DNA from: an uncultured bacterium
GTDB lineage: Bacteria; UBP14; UBA6098; B30-G16
Assembly (NCBI GenBank): GCA_965552135.1
Contig: CBEVQY010000002.1
Span: forward strand, 64,001 to 128,000
DNA: 64,000 nt
Direction: 5' to 3'
The notes beneath the pieces were generated by a model. It did not search any database, was not told where the DNA came from, and saw only the letters and a list, made by a program, of their open reading frames with translations. Made by a program: the position numbers and the translations under genes. Numbering within the stretch: position 1 is the first letter of the stretch; the number at the start of each line of letters is the position of its first letter. Below, in pieces: positions 29,792 to 39,315 of this stretch.

Positions 29792-31063
29792 ATGCGGGGG
29801 ATTTTGGCGAAAACGCTTCTTCTGGCGCTTTGGTGTGGGCTTGCGCATTCCGCACAGCTTTGCCCCACCCTCTCAGTCGGCGCAGGGCTGACCGAAAGCG
29901 CCCAAAAGCACATCTGGACGCTCCAGCTGCTCTGCCCCGTAGGTCGGGGGATCGCGGTCGGAGCGAAGATTTCGCTCCAAAGCCAGAAGGAGCTGGGCGC
30001 ATACGCGCTCTGCGCCCCGCAACCGTTTGGGGGGAGGAGGGTCAAGCTCCTTTTGCCCGTCTGGTTCGGCGCGAGGGTCCCCATCGGCGGAAGGCTAAGC
30101 TCCGCGGACGCGGACCTCGCCCTGGGAGCGCAGACCGAGCTCTACCTCACCCCGCAGATCTTCGCCCAGCTCGGCGGCGCCTTCGCGCTGCTGGAGAAGG
30201 GATATGAGGTCGGCGTTTCGCTGGGGTATCGCTTCAACTTCCCCGACGCCGACGGCGACTGGATTTCGGACGGAGACGACAGATGTCCGAACACGCCCCG
30301 GGGCGCAAGAGTAGACGACCGCGGCTGCGGCATCGACAGCGACGGAGACGGGGTATACGACGGGCTTGACCGCTGCCCCCAAACCCCGCTTGCTGCGCTT
30401 GTCGATTCGCTCGGCTGCCCAAGGGACTCCGACGGTGACGGTGTATACGACGGCGCCGATAGGTGTCCCGAGACACCCCGCGACATTCCAGTCGACACAA
30501 CGGGCTGCCCAAAGGACACAGACGGAGACGGCGTGCCCGACTACGCCGATTCGTGTAGCCAAACGCCCAAAGGCGCCGTGGTGGACCGAGCGGGCTGCCC
30601 CATAGACACAGACGAAGACGGCGTGCCCGACGGAATAGACCAGTGCGACGGCACACCCACGGGCTTCGAGGTCGATAGGTTCGGCTGCCCAAAGGTGCCG
30701 ATGCTGAACGGCGAAACGGTCCACAACCTGTTCGACGACGCGCTCGAACTCACCGCATTCGCGCTGAACCACCTGCAGCGCATCGCAAAAAGGATTAGGG
30801 CGTATCCCGACAGGAAGACTGTGATAGAAGTTTACACCGACACCGAGGGGAGCTTTCAGTACAACCGCAACCGCGCCCGCGCGGTGGGGAGGAAGATAGT
30901 CGACTTCCTCGAAAGCCAGGGCGTCGACCCCGACTGCGTCGAGATTGTGCCTATGGGCGAAAAGGATCCCGTCGCGCGCGGCTGGTCGGCGCAGGCAAAG
31001 CGCAAAAACAGAAGAGCCGTATTCTACATGCGCAAGCCCGAAGCACAAAAAGCGGGGGGATAA
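29792..31063 (+). CDS. OmpA-family protein with thrombospondin type-3 repeats
   Basis: Signal peptide, a beta region ending GYRF, five DxDGDG..D..D.CP.TP...VD..GC repeats and an OmpA_C-like end (YTD...NRRA). Confidence 0.85.
   Translation: MRGILAKTLLLALWCGLAHSAQLCPTLSVGAGLTESAQKHIWTLQLLCPVGRGIAVGAKISLQSQKELGAYALCAPQPFGGRRVKLLLPVWFGARVPIGGRLSSADADLALGAQTELYLTPQIFAQLGGAFALLEKGYEVGVSLGYRFNFPDADGDWISDGDDRCPNTPRGARVDDRGCGIDSDGDGVYDGLDRCPQTPLAALVDSLGCPRDSDGDGVYDGADRCPETPRDIPVDTTGCPKDTDGDGVPDYADSCSQTPKGAVVDRAGCPIDTDEDGVPDGIDQCDGTPTGFEVDRFGCPKVPMLNGETVHNLFDDALELTAFALNHLQRIAKRIRAYPDRKTVIEVYTDTEGSFQYNRNRARAVGRKIVDFLESQGVDPDCVEIVPMGEKDPVARGWSAQAKRKNRRAVFYMRKPEAQKAGG
30242..30691 (+). repeat. Five tandem 90-nt (30-aa) TSP3-like Ca-binding repeats
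   Basis: Units such as DSDGDGVYDGLDRCPQTP and DSDGDGVYDGADRCPETP. Confidence 0.85.
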
Positions 31064-31065
31064 TT

Positions 31066-32700
31066 ATGTCGACCTACAGGAGGGTGCTTTTCGCAGTGCA
31101 GGCGCTTGCCCTCATCGCCTGCCTCGGGGCAGAAACGCTTGATCCGGTCAGGGTTTACATCGGCGAGAAAAGCGCGCCGCTTAGGACAAAAAGCGTCGTC
31201 GTCTTCCCTCAGGGAGCCGTCGTCGAACGCAGCGGGAAGATAAACATACCCGCCGGGGAGACCAAGATCGTAGTGAAGTATCTGCCGCAGCGCGTCGACG
31301 AAAACTCCATCCGCGTCGCAGTATCTGGAATCGCGGGCGGAGGCGTGGGCGGCGTCGAGGTCTTCCTCGACAAGTTCATCCCAAAGCCCATAAAGCAGCT
31401 CCGCGACTCGATCCAAAAGCTCGACGACAGACTCGACGAGCTCAAATCGGCAGAGGAGGGCATAAAGCTTCGGCAGAAGTTTTTGGAGTCGATCGCTTCC
31501 CTCGGCGGCGTTGAGCAGAGCCAAAGCAGGCTTTTGCTTTCGCCGCAGAACTTCGCCGCCACGGCGCGGTTCATCGAAAGCCAGTACGACGAGCTTATCG
31601 CCGCAAGCACGAAGATAAAGCGCGAGCGCCGCAGGGTGCAGGAGATAAGATCAAAGCTAAAGGAGCAGCTGGACAGGATGACGGGCGCAGTGCTGGGCAG
31701 GGGATATCGGGTCGAGGTACCTGTGTGGTCTTCGGGCGGCGCGGCTACGGTCGTTGTGCGCTATACCGTAAGCGGCGCAGGATGGACGCCCCAGTACGAC
31801 GCAAAGTACGACGAAAAAACCGGCAAGGTCGAGCTCGTCTACTACGGAACGGTGTCGCAGAGCACGGGCGAGGACTGGAGCAAGGTCAAACTAACCCTCT
31901 CGACGACACAGCCCCGGGCTGGAACCGAGCCGCCTGAGCTTTCGATCTGGTATTTGCGCAAGCGCACTCCCCGCAGGCTCCCGCCCCGTCCGCGTGGCGC
32001 AGCGGCGCCGGTTATGAAGGAGGCGCTGGCGCTGGAAGCCGCATTCGAACCCGAGGTCACAGAAGCCGTGCGATACGGCGAGCGGATAGTCTTCGAGGTG
32101 CCGGGGCAAAAAACCGTCCCCGCCGACGGACAGGAACACAGACTCGTCGTCGCAAAATTAATGCTCGACGCCCGGAAAAAGTTCACAACTGTCCCGAAGC
32201 TCGACCCAAAGGTCTACGTCACGGCAAAGTGCAAAAACAGCTCGGACTACATCCTGCTTCCGGGAAAAGTCTCGGTCTTCCAGGGGAACGAGTTCGTCGG
32301 GACGCAGTGGATCAGGGAACCCATCGCCTTCGGCGAGGAGTTCACCGTCGCTATGGGACCCGTCAAACTCTTCGACGTCGAACGGAAAAGAACAAAGGAG
32401 TTCAGCGAGCGAACAGGAATAATCGGGCAGAACAAAAGGGAACAGTTCACCTACGAGATAACAATATCCAACAACTCAGCCAAGCCCGCGACGGTCGAGG
32501 TCGTCGACCAGATCCCCGTATCCGCCGATGAGGACATAAAGGTCGTCGACGTCCGCTTCGAACCCTCCCCCGACGAGACCGACAGGGACTTCGAAGGGCA
32601 ACTCATCTGGTCGGTGGAGCTTGAGCCGAACCAAAAGAGGAGGATAACGTTTTCCTTCGCCGTCAAATATCCCAAAAACGTTGTGGTCGAAGGTCTTTAG
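31066..32700 (+). CDS. MuiA-like DUF4140/DUF4139 protein
   Basis: VVVFP.GA.V.R, a coiled coil, AGWTP.YD, QSTGEDW and DQIPVS, with a signal peptide. Confidence 0.85.
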   Translation: MSTYRRVLFAVQALALIACLGAETLDPVRVYIGEKSAPLRTKSVVVFPQGAVVERSGKINIPAGETKIVVKYLPQRVDENSIRVAVSGIAGGGVGGVEVFLDKFIPKPIKQLRDSIQKLDDRLDELKSAEEGIKLRQKFLESIASLGGVEQSQSRLLLSPQNFAATARFIESQYDELIAASTKIKRERRRVQEIRSKLKEQLDRMTGAVLGRGYRVEVPVWSSGGAATVVVRYTVSGAGWTPQYDAKYDEKTGKVELVYYGTVSQSTGEDWSKVKLTLSTTQPRAGTEPPELSIWYLRKRTPRRLPPRPRGAAAPVMKEALALEAAFEPEVTEAVRYGERIVFEVPGQKTVPADGQEHRLVVAKLMLDARKKFTTVPKLDPKVYVTAKCKNSSDYILLPGKVSVFQGNEFVGTQWIREPIAFGEEFTVAMGPVKLFDVERKRTKEFSERTGIIGQNKREQFTYEITISNNSAKPATVEVVDQIPVSADEDIKVVDVRFEPSPDETDRDFEGQLIWSVELEPNQKRRITFSFAVKYPKNVVVEGL

Positions 32701-32722
32701 GCAAGGGCAAGGAGGTTTTGAT

Positions 32723-33463
32723 ATGCACCTTGTGGGCAGGGTAGCCATAGTGACGGGCGCCGGCAGGGGGATAGGCGCGTCGGTTGCCCGGCTTTTGGCG
32801 AGCCACGGCGCAAAGGTCGCCCTCGTCGACGTAAACGAAGAAGACCTCCAGAAGACGAAGTCGGAGATAAGCTCCTCGGGCGGCACAGCCGAGGCGTTTT
32901 TGTGCGACGTGTCGGACTGGGATGCGGTAAAGCGCACAGCAGACGCCGTAGTGAACCTGTGGGGGCGCATCGACATCCTCGTCAACAACGCGGGCATAAC
33001 CAGGGATAACCTCATCGTGCGCCTCTCCCCCGAGGACTGGGACGCCGTCGTCGCCGTCAACCTCAAGGGGGCGTTCCTCTTCACCAAAGCCGTGGCGCGG
33101 CAAATGATGAAGCAAAGGTACGGGAAGATAGTCAACATCTCGTCGGTTGTGGGTCTTTCGGGCAACGCGGCGCAGGCAAACTACTCGGCGTCCAAGGCGG
33201 GGCTTGTCGGTCTTACTAAAAGCACCGCCAAAGAGCTTGGCGCACGCGGAATCCGATGCAACGCCGTAGCACCAGGCTTCATTGAAACGGATATGACCAA
33301 AAACCTCCCCGAAAGCGTGGTCAACGACTTCATAAAGCAAACCCCCCTGGGTTATGCCGGCAAACCCGACGACGTTGCCCAGCTTGTTATGTTCCTCTGC
33401 TCGCCCGAAAGCGACTACATAACGGGCGAGGTTATACGCATCGACGGCGGCATGGCGATGTGA
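32723..33463 (+). CDS. fabG: 3-oxoacyl-ACP reductase (SDR)
   Basis: TGAGRGIG, NNAGITRD, NYSASKAG and VAPGFI. GGAGG precedes the ATG at 32723. Confidence 0.9.
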   Translation: MHLVGRVAIVTGAGRGIGASVARLLASHGAKVALVDVNEEDLQKTKSEISSSGGTAEAFLCDVSDWDAVKRTADAVVNLWGRIDILVNNAGITRDNLIVRLSPEDWDAVVAVNLKGAFLFTKAVARQMMKQRYGKIVNISSVVGLSGNAAQANYSASKAGLVGLTKSTAKELGARGIRCNAVAPGFIETDMTKNLPESVVNDFIKQTPLGYAGKPDDVAQLVMFLCSPESDYITGEVIRIDGGMAM

Positions 33464-33464
33464 G

Positions 33465-36413
33465 ATGACACCCATAGACGAAACGCTCGACGCAGCCGTA
33501 CTCGAGGTTGTGCGGCAAAGCCGCAAGCTGAACGAGGCGCAGATAAGGGCATCAAGACCCGAGGGCTTCGTCCTCTCCTCAGCTGGTGCCGGAACGGGGA
33601 AGACGACCCTCCTTGCCGCGCGCTACCTCAGACTTCTGGCGCAAGCAGCAAAAACGCAAAGCCCAGCCGAAGCCATAAGGTCAATCGCGGCTATGACCTT
33701 CACCGAGAAGGCGGCGGGCGAAATGACAGACAGAATAAGGGCGGATCTGCTCTCGCTCTCCGATGGGCTGGGCGAGGGGAGATGGTTTTCGCTCTACCGC
33801 CTTCTGGACTCGGCGAGGGTATCGACGATTCACTCCTTCTGTCTCGAGCTTTTGCGGCGCTATCCGCTCGAAGCCGGACTCGACCCGGGCTTTTCGGTCA
33901 ATCCGCTTGCGGCGCCAGTCGACGAGTACGTAAACGACTTCCTCAACCACCTCGCCGCCGACCCCGAAGGGAGCGAGCTGCTACTTTCGACCATCAAGCT
34001 TATGTCCCGAAGGGCGCTTCGCGAAGCCCTGGCAGAGCTCTACCGAAAACGCCCGCTGGTGCACAGGCGCGCAAAGGAGCTTGCCGAATCCGACCCCGAA
34101 CGCATCGCTGGGATATGGATGGATGAGCTCAAACGAAACCCGCGCACCAAGAGAGCAGAAGATGAGGACCAGCGTGCTTTGGCGCTTGCGCGGGCAACCG
34201 TTGGGCTTGCGAGGCTATACCTTCGCCTCGATGAGTTCATCTGGCAGGGCTACGACCGCGCGGCAAATATTGACTTCGCCGACATACTCCTCCGCTTCAG
34301 GGACCTCCTGCAGCGCTTGGAAAGCTCGGCGCTTGCGGCAGAGCTACCAAAGCACATCCTCGTCGACGAGTTTCAGGACACATCGCCGCTGCAGTGGGAG
34401 ATCATAAGGTCCCTTGCCGAGCGCGCACAAAGCGCCCTTTTTGTCGGGGACGAGAAGCAGTCGATCTACATGTTCCGCGGCGCCGACGTTACGGTCGTAA
34501 GGCGCGGCGAGGAGTTTGTGAAAAGCCGCGGCGGAAAGCCCGTCCCCCTCAAAACGAACTACAGAACGAAAAAGCGCCTCCTGGAGCTTTTAAACAAAAT
34601 CTTCTCCCACGACAAAAACTTCGGCTCAGCCCAACGCGATTTCGAGGCTCGCCCGCAGCCGCTTGTGTCGGGTGCAGGAGACGGCGGCGAGCTTTGGCTT
34701 GTGGAGGTAGAAATCCCCGAAAGCGGCCAGCAGAAGGCGCCGAAGTGGCAATACGTAGTCGAAGCGACGTGCAGGTTCGTAAGGGCAGCCACCTGCGGCG
34801 AACTTGCTGGCTGCAAAAGGATCCCCGCGGGCGAAATACTCGTCCTTGCCCGAAAGCGCAATGAAGTCTTCGAGATCGTTCGCATGCTGCGGGAGGGCGG
34901 AGTGCGAGCCATCCCCCTCGCCGAATCGGGGCTCTTCGAAACCACGGAGGTGAAAACGCTCCTTTGCCTGCTCGAGTTCTTGGATGACCCGCGGCGAAAC
35001 GGCGCACTCGCGTTCGTGCTCACCTCGAGGGCGTTCGGCGTATCAGAAGACGAGCTTGCCGCCGTATCCGAAGCCCCCGGCGCCACCCTGTGGGAAAAAC
35101 TTTGCGCAATCTGCCAAAATAAAACGGACGAAGGCAGACCCTGCAGGGCTTTCCTCGTCATCGATGACCTCATCTCCCGCCGCGAAGAGCCCGCAGATCG
35201 CCTCCTCGAGCGCTTCCTGGGGTCCTCCGACATCTTCCCCGCACTCTGCGGAGGGGACTACGACGTTGCGCCCGGGAACATGCTGCGCTTTTTGGGGATA
35301 GTCCGTCGGCTTGTGCGCGGTGAGGGCGCAAACCTGCACGACCTCGTCCGCGCGCTGCGCGCAATGGCAGAAGAAAACGCAGTGGGACTTGCACCGCCAA
35401 AACAGGCTGCCGACTTCGTCAGGGTAAGCACAATACATTCCGCCAAGGGTCTGCAGGCGGATACCGTTGTCGTCGTCGACCCGCTTGAGAGGGTGGGATC
35501 CCGCGACAGGATAATCCTCGCCGACCTGCCCCTCGAAGGTGCCGGCGAAACGACCTGGCAAGGATTCATCCCTAAACTAAGCGGCACCAGAAAGCCAAAA
35601 ATTCAAGAAGAAATCCTCAAAAAAAGCGAAACCCCCAAGAGGGAAGCGGAGTACACAAGGCTTATGTACGTAGCCTTCACGCGCGCGAAGGAGCGCTTGG
35701 TCCTTGTGGGTGCGAAGGAAGGGTCGAAGCTTGGCAACAGCTTTTTCTCCAAAACGTTTGCCGCACTGGCGGACCTGCTCGACGGGGACCCACCCGAGGG
35801 CGTCGTGTACATAAAGGCGTCCGAGATCACTGCTCCGCCGCCCGAGGAAAGGCAGCCGAAGCCGAGGAGGGCTGCCGGCAAAGACCTCTCCGAGCCCATC
35901 CTGTGGGGTGCACCGAAGACGCAGAGCGTCACCGACTTCGTCGAGTCCGAGATGCTCCCCACTCGCGGTAAAGCCGCGCAGCCATCGGGCATCGGCTTCG
36001 GGCAGCTTGTGCACAAACTCCTCTCCTTCGCACCGTTCGAAAGCGCCTCCGAGGCGAAAAGGACCGCCGAAAGGATCGCCCCGGGCGAGCCACGGCTCTC
36101 GAAACTCGCGGCGACCTTCGCCGAAAGCGAGTTCAACAAAATCCTCTTGCGCCACAAGGGAAGAATCCTGAAGGAGGTTCCCATCTGGTTTCGCGAGGGT
36201 GAGGACCTGCTGCTCTACGGCGTGGTCGACGTAGTGCTGCCCGATATCCCCGCGGTCTGCGACTATAAAACCGGTGCCCCACGCCCCTCCGACAAGCGCC
36301 AGATAGAGCTCTACCGCCGGGGCGTGGCAAAAAGCCTCGGCATCGCCGAAGACGAAGTCAAGGCTTGGATCGTAAGGGTATCGGAGGAGAAGGTAGTGCA
36401 CGAGGAGGTGTAA
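33465..36413 (+). CDS. addA: AddA/RecB-like UvrD helicase with a C-terminal PD-(D/E)XK nuclease
   Basis: AGAGTGKT, TFTEKAA, STIHSFC, DEFQDT, GDEKQSIY.FRGA, TIHSAKG and YVAFTRA. Nuclease motif G.VD...DYKTG...Q..LY. Confidence 0.8.
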   Translation: MTPIDETLDAAVLEVVRQSRKLNEAQIRASRPEGFVLSSAGAGTGKTTLLAARYLRLLAQAAKTQSPAEAIRSIAAMTFTEKAAGEMTDRIRADLLSLSDGLGEGRWFSLYRLLDSARVSTIHSFCLELLRRYPLEAGLDPGFSVNPLAAPVDEYVNDFLNHLAADPEGSELLLSTIKLMSRRALREALAELYRKRPLVHRRAKELAESDPERIAGIWMDELKRNPRTKRAEDEDQRALALARATVGLARLYLRLDEFIWQGYDRAANIDFADILLRFRDLLQRLESSALAAELPKHILVDEFQDTSPLQWEIIRSLAERAQSALFVGDEKQSIYMFRGADVTVVRRGEEFVKSRGGKPVPLKTNYRTKKRLLELLNKIFSHDKNFGSAQRDFEARPQPLVSGAGDGGELWLVEVEIPESGQQKAPKWQYVVEATCRFVRAATCGELAGCKRIPAGEILVLARKRNEVFEIVRMLREGGVRAIPLAESGLFETTEVKTLLCLLEFLDDPRRNGALAFVLTSRAFGVSEDELAAVSEAPGATLWEKLCAICQNKTDEGRPCRAFLVIDDLISRREEPADRLLERFLGSSDIFPALCGGDYDVAPGNMLRFLGIVRRLVRGEGANLHDLVRALRAMAEENAVGLAPPKQAADFVRVSTIHSAKGLQADTVVVVDPLERVGSRDRIILADLPLEGAGETTWQGFIPKLSGTRKPKIQEEILKKSETPKREAEYTRLMYVAFTRAKERLVLVGAKEGSKLGNSFFSKTFAALADLLDGDPPEGVVYIKASEITAPPPEERQPKPRRAAGKDLSEPILWGAPKTQSVTDFVESEMLPTRGKAAQPSGIGFGQLVHKLLSFAPFESASEAKRTAERIAPGEPRLSKLAATFAESEFNKILLRHKGRILKEVPIWFREGEDLLLYGVVDVVLPDIPAVCDYKTGAPRPSDKRQIELYRRGVAKSLGIAEDEVKAWIVRVSEEKVVHEEV

Positions 36414-36434
36414 GCTCTCCTTTCGATTTATGCC

Positions 36435-36463
36435 TTGACAACGTCCGCGGGCGGGGCGATATT
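36435..36463 (+). promoter_or_regulatory. Putative sigma70 promoter
   Basis: TTGACA-N17-GATATT upstream of AGGAGG and the ATG at 36517. Confidence 0.45.
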
Positions 36464-36516
36464 TCATCGCCTTGCGGCGGCGTGGAAGGGGGAAAGGTGA
36501 AGCCAGGAGGGTCTTT

Positions 36517-37701
36517 ATGCGCATCGACACGAAGGTCGTCGTTGGCAAAGGCAGAGAGTACGACAAGCAGACGATGGCGATAGTTCCGCCGCTTTACTTT
36601 TCGGCGGTTTACGCCTTCGAGAGCGCGGAGCACGGCGCAAAGCTCTTCGAGGGCGAGCAGGAAGGATACATCTACACGAGGCTCGGCAACCCGACGCTGC
36701 GCGAGCTCGAGGAGAAGATGGCTTTCTTAGAGGGTGGCGAAGCCGCCGCCGCAATGGCATCTGGGATGGCAGCGATCTCGACGACGATACTCGCACTGTG
36801 CAACTCCGGCGACAACATCATCGTATCCTCACCGATATACGGCGGTACGTTTGCGCTGCTTGAGCGGCTTCTGCCCAAATGGGGCATCGAGGTCAGATGG
36901 GCTAAAGCCTCGGACTTCCCAAACGAGATCCGCCGCAAGGGGCTTGTGGACCAAAACACAAAGCTCATCCTCACCGAAACGCCAGCCAACCCAACGCTCG
37001 ACATAGTCGACCTTGAGGAAACCGCAAAGCTCGGCAAGGAATACGGCATACCCACAGCCGTTGACACCACCTTCGCGACCTTCTACTTCCAGCGCCCGCT
37101 GGAGCTTGGGATAGACATCGTCATCTACAGCGCCACAAAGTACATCGGCGGACACAGCGACGCCGTGGGAGGGATAGTAATATCCTCGAAGGAGCTTATT
37201 CAGAAGATCAAGGACGAGACCGCCGCCGACCTCGGCGGCGTCATGAGCCCGATGAACGCCTTCCTCTTCCTGCGCGGGCTGCAGACGCTCGCTGTGCGGA
37301 TGGAAAAGCACCAGGCAAACGCCATCGCCGTCGCAAGGTACCTCGAGGGGAAGGAGCAGGTGGAGCGCGTCTACTATCCGTTTTTGGAGAGCCATCCGCA
37401 GTACGACCTCGCGCGCCGGCAGATGAGCGGCGGCTCGGGAATGGTGACCTTCATACTCAAAGGCGGAAGGGAAGCGGGAAGAAAGTTCCTAAACGCTCTT
37501 AGGCTCTGCACTGTGGCCGTGAGCCTGGGCGCGGTGTGCACGCTCATCGAGCACCCTGCATCGATGACGCACTCCACATACACCGACGAAGAGCTCGCCG
37601 AGGCTGGAATCGACCAGGGGCTTATAAGGATATCCGTAGGCATCGAGAACCCCGACGACATCATCGAGGACCTCGAGAGAGGTTTTGCCGCAATATCGTA
37701 A
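36517..37701 (+). CDS. PLP-dependent methionine gamma-lyase / cystathionine lyase family enzyme
   Basis: YIYTRLGNPT, SGMAAI, ETPANP, SATKYIGGHSD, AVSLG and HPASMTHS. Confidence 0.88.
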   Translation: MRIDTKVVVGKGREYDKQTMAIVPPLYFSAVYAFESAEHGAKLFEGEQEGYIYTRLGNPTLRELEEKMAFLEGGEAAAAMASGMAAISTTILALCNSGDNIIVSSPIYGGTFALLERLLPKWGIEVRWAKASDFPNEIRRKGLVDQNTKLILTETPANPTLDIVDLEETAKLGKEYGIPTAVDTTFATFYFQRPLELGIDIVIYSATKYIGGHSDAVGGIVISSKELIQKIKDETAADLGGVMSPMNAFLFLRGLQTLAVRMEKHQANAIAVARYLEGKEQVERVYYPFLESHPQYDLARRQMSGGSGMVTFILKGGREAGRKFLNALRLCTVAVSLGAVCTLIEHPASMTHSTYTDEELAEAGIDQGLIRISVGIENPDDIIEDLERGFAAIS

Positions 37702-37702
37702 G

Positions 37703-38212
37703 ATGATCCAGATTTACACCGGCAACGGCAAGGGTAAGACCACAGCGGCGCTGGGGCAGGCACTCAGAGCCTGCGGACACGGAATGAAGGTCCTCATGAT
37801 CCAGTTCATGAAGGGGGATATCGAGTACGGAGAGGTCAAGCTCGCCCCGAAGATCCCTGGCTTTGAGATAAAGCAGTTTGGCCTGCCGACCTTCGTGGAG
37901 AAGGGGAATCCCTCGCCCGAGGACCTGCGCCTCGCTCGCGAAGGGTTCGAATTCGCCCAAAGCGCGGTAAAAAGCGGAAAGTACGACATGGTAATCCTCG
38001 ACGAGCTCAATGTTGCCATCGACTTCGGTCTTATAGAGCTTTCCGACGTCCTGCGCCTGCTTGACGAGGCACCAAAGGAGCTTGAGATCGTCATAACCGG
38101 TCGCTACGCCCCACGCGAACTCGTCAAACGCGCCGACCTGGTAAGCGAAATCCTCGACATAAAACACCCATACCAAAGGGGACAGAAGGCAAGAAGGGGG
38201 ATAGAATATTAG
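37703..38212 (+). CDS. cobO: Cob(I)yrinic acid a,c-diamide adenosyltransferase (CobO/BtuR)
   Basis: YTGNGKGKTTAALG, QFMKG, ILDE, TGR and KHPY..G..ARRGIEY. Confidence 0.92.
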   Translation: MIQIYTGNGKGKTTAALGQALRACGHGMKVLMIQFMKGDIEYGEVKLAPKIPGFEIKQFGLPTFVEKGNPSPEDLRLAREGFEFAQSAVKSGKYDMVILDELNVAIDFGLIELSDVLRLLDEAPKELEIVITGRYAPRELVKRADLVSEILDIKHPYQRGQKARRGIEY

Positions 38213-38229
38213 CTGGGAGGTTCGACGAG

Positions 38230-39315
38230 ATGGTCTTCGGCGTTCCCAAAGAGCTTCCGGTTTTCAAGACGATACCCGAGTGTCGGGTCAGCCTTTCGCC
38301 CGCGGGGGTCAAGGAGCTTGTTGAGCTTGGTGCGGACGTCTACGTCGAAAGCGGAGCTGGCGCAAACGCCGGATTCTCCGACACCGACTACGAGAACGCA
38401 GGCGCAAAGATAGTCTACTCCAAGGTCGAGGCTTACAAGCGCGCCGATGTCGTCGTCAAGGTCAAGCCGCCACAAGAGGAGGAGTACGACCTCATCCGCG
38501 AGGGGCAGGTGATAACCGCCTTCTTCCACCTCGTGACGGCGCCCAAGGAGCTTGTAAACGTCCTGCAGCAGAAAAAGACCACCGCCGTGGGCTACGAGAT
38601 AATCCAAACCTCCGAAGGTGAGCTTCCCGTCGTCGTCCCGATGAGCGAAATAGCGGGGAAGCTCTCCGTGCAGATCGCGGGGAGGCTCCTGGAAAGCCCG
38701 AACAAGGGTCGCGGCATACTTCTGGGAGGGATCCCAGGCATACCGCCCGCGGAGGTGGTGATACTTGGCGCAGGCACCCTCGGAAGAACCGCCGCACGAA
38801 GCTTCGCAGGCATCGGCGCAAACGTCTACATCCTCGACATAAACCGCAAAAAGCTCGAAGACATCTTCCACCAGGAAAGCCCGAACATAACGACCCTTTT
38901 CGCCACGAAGCACTGCATCGAAAAGCTCGTCAAGTTCGCCGACGTCCTTGTGGGCGCAGTCCTCGTCCCCGGAAAACGGACCCCGGTGCTTGTGACGAAG
39001 GAGATGGTCTCGACGATGAAGAAGGGCTCGGTGATAATCGACTTCTCCATCGACCAGGGCGGATGCGTCGAGACGAGCAAGATATCGCCCTGCGGTCAGT
39101 TCACCTACTCAGTCGACGGCGTCATACACTTCTGCATGCCGACGGCGACAACTCTTGTCGCCAGAACGGCAACCCACGCCCTCACGGGCGCAATAACGCC
39201 CTACCTTAAGGCAATCGCACAGTTCGGATTCGAAAAAGCGCTTGAGGTGTGTCCGGAGGTGGCGGAGGGGATTTACATAAAGGACGGAGAAATCACAAAG
39301 GAGTACCTAAAATGA
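38230..39315 (+). CDS. ald: Alanine dehydrogenase family protein
   Basis: GVPKE, E.RV, VKVK, FHL, PMSEIAG, G.LLGGIPG, GAVLVPG and IDQGGCVET. Confidence 0.85.
   Translation: MVFGVPKELPVFKTIPECRVSLSPAGVKELVELGADVYVESGAGANAGFSDTDYENAGAKIVYSKVEAYKRADVVVKVKPPQEEEYDLIREGQVITAFFHLVTAPKELVNVLQQKKTTAVGYEIIQTSEGELPVVVPMSEIAGKLSVQIAGRLLESPNKGRGILLGGIPGIPPAEVVILGAGTLGRTAARSFAGIGANVYILDINRKKLEDIFHQESPNITTLFATKHCIEKLVKFADVLVGAVLVPGKRTPVLVTKEMVSTMKKGSVIIDFSIDQGGCVETSKISPCGQFTYSVDGVIHFCMPTATTLVARTATHALTGAITPYLKAIAQFGFEKALEVCPEVAEGIYIKDGEITKEYLK

Noticed and set aside
33465..36413. Helicase-nuclease as an anti-phage defence system
   Set aside because: The motif order matches the AddA/RecB repair family, it sits right after fabG, and no defence partner is adjacent.
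36414..36516. SAM riboswitch or T-box ahead of the methionine lyase-like gene
   Set aside because: The leader after the putative promoter is only about 50 nt and shows no recognisable consensus.
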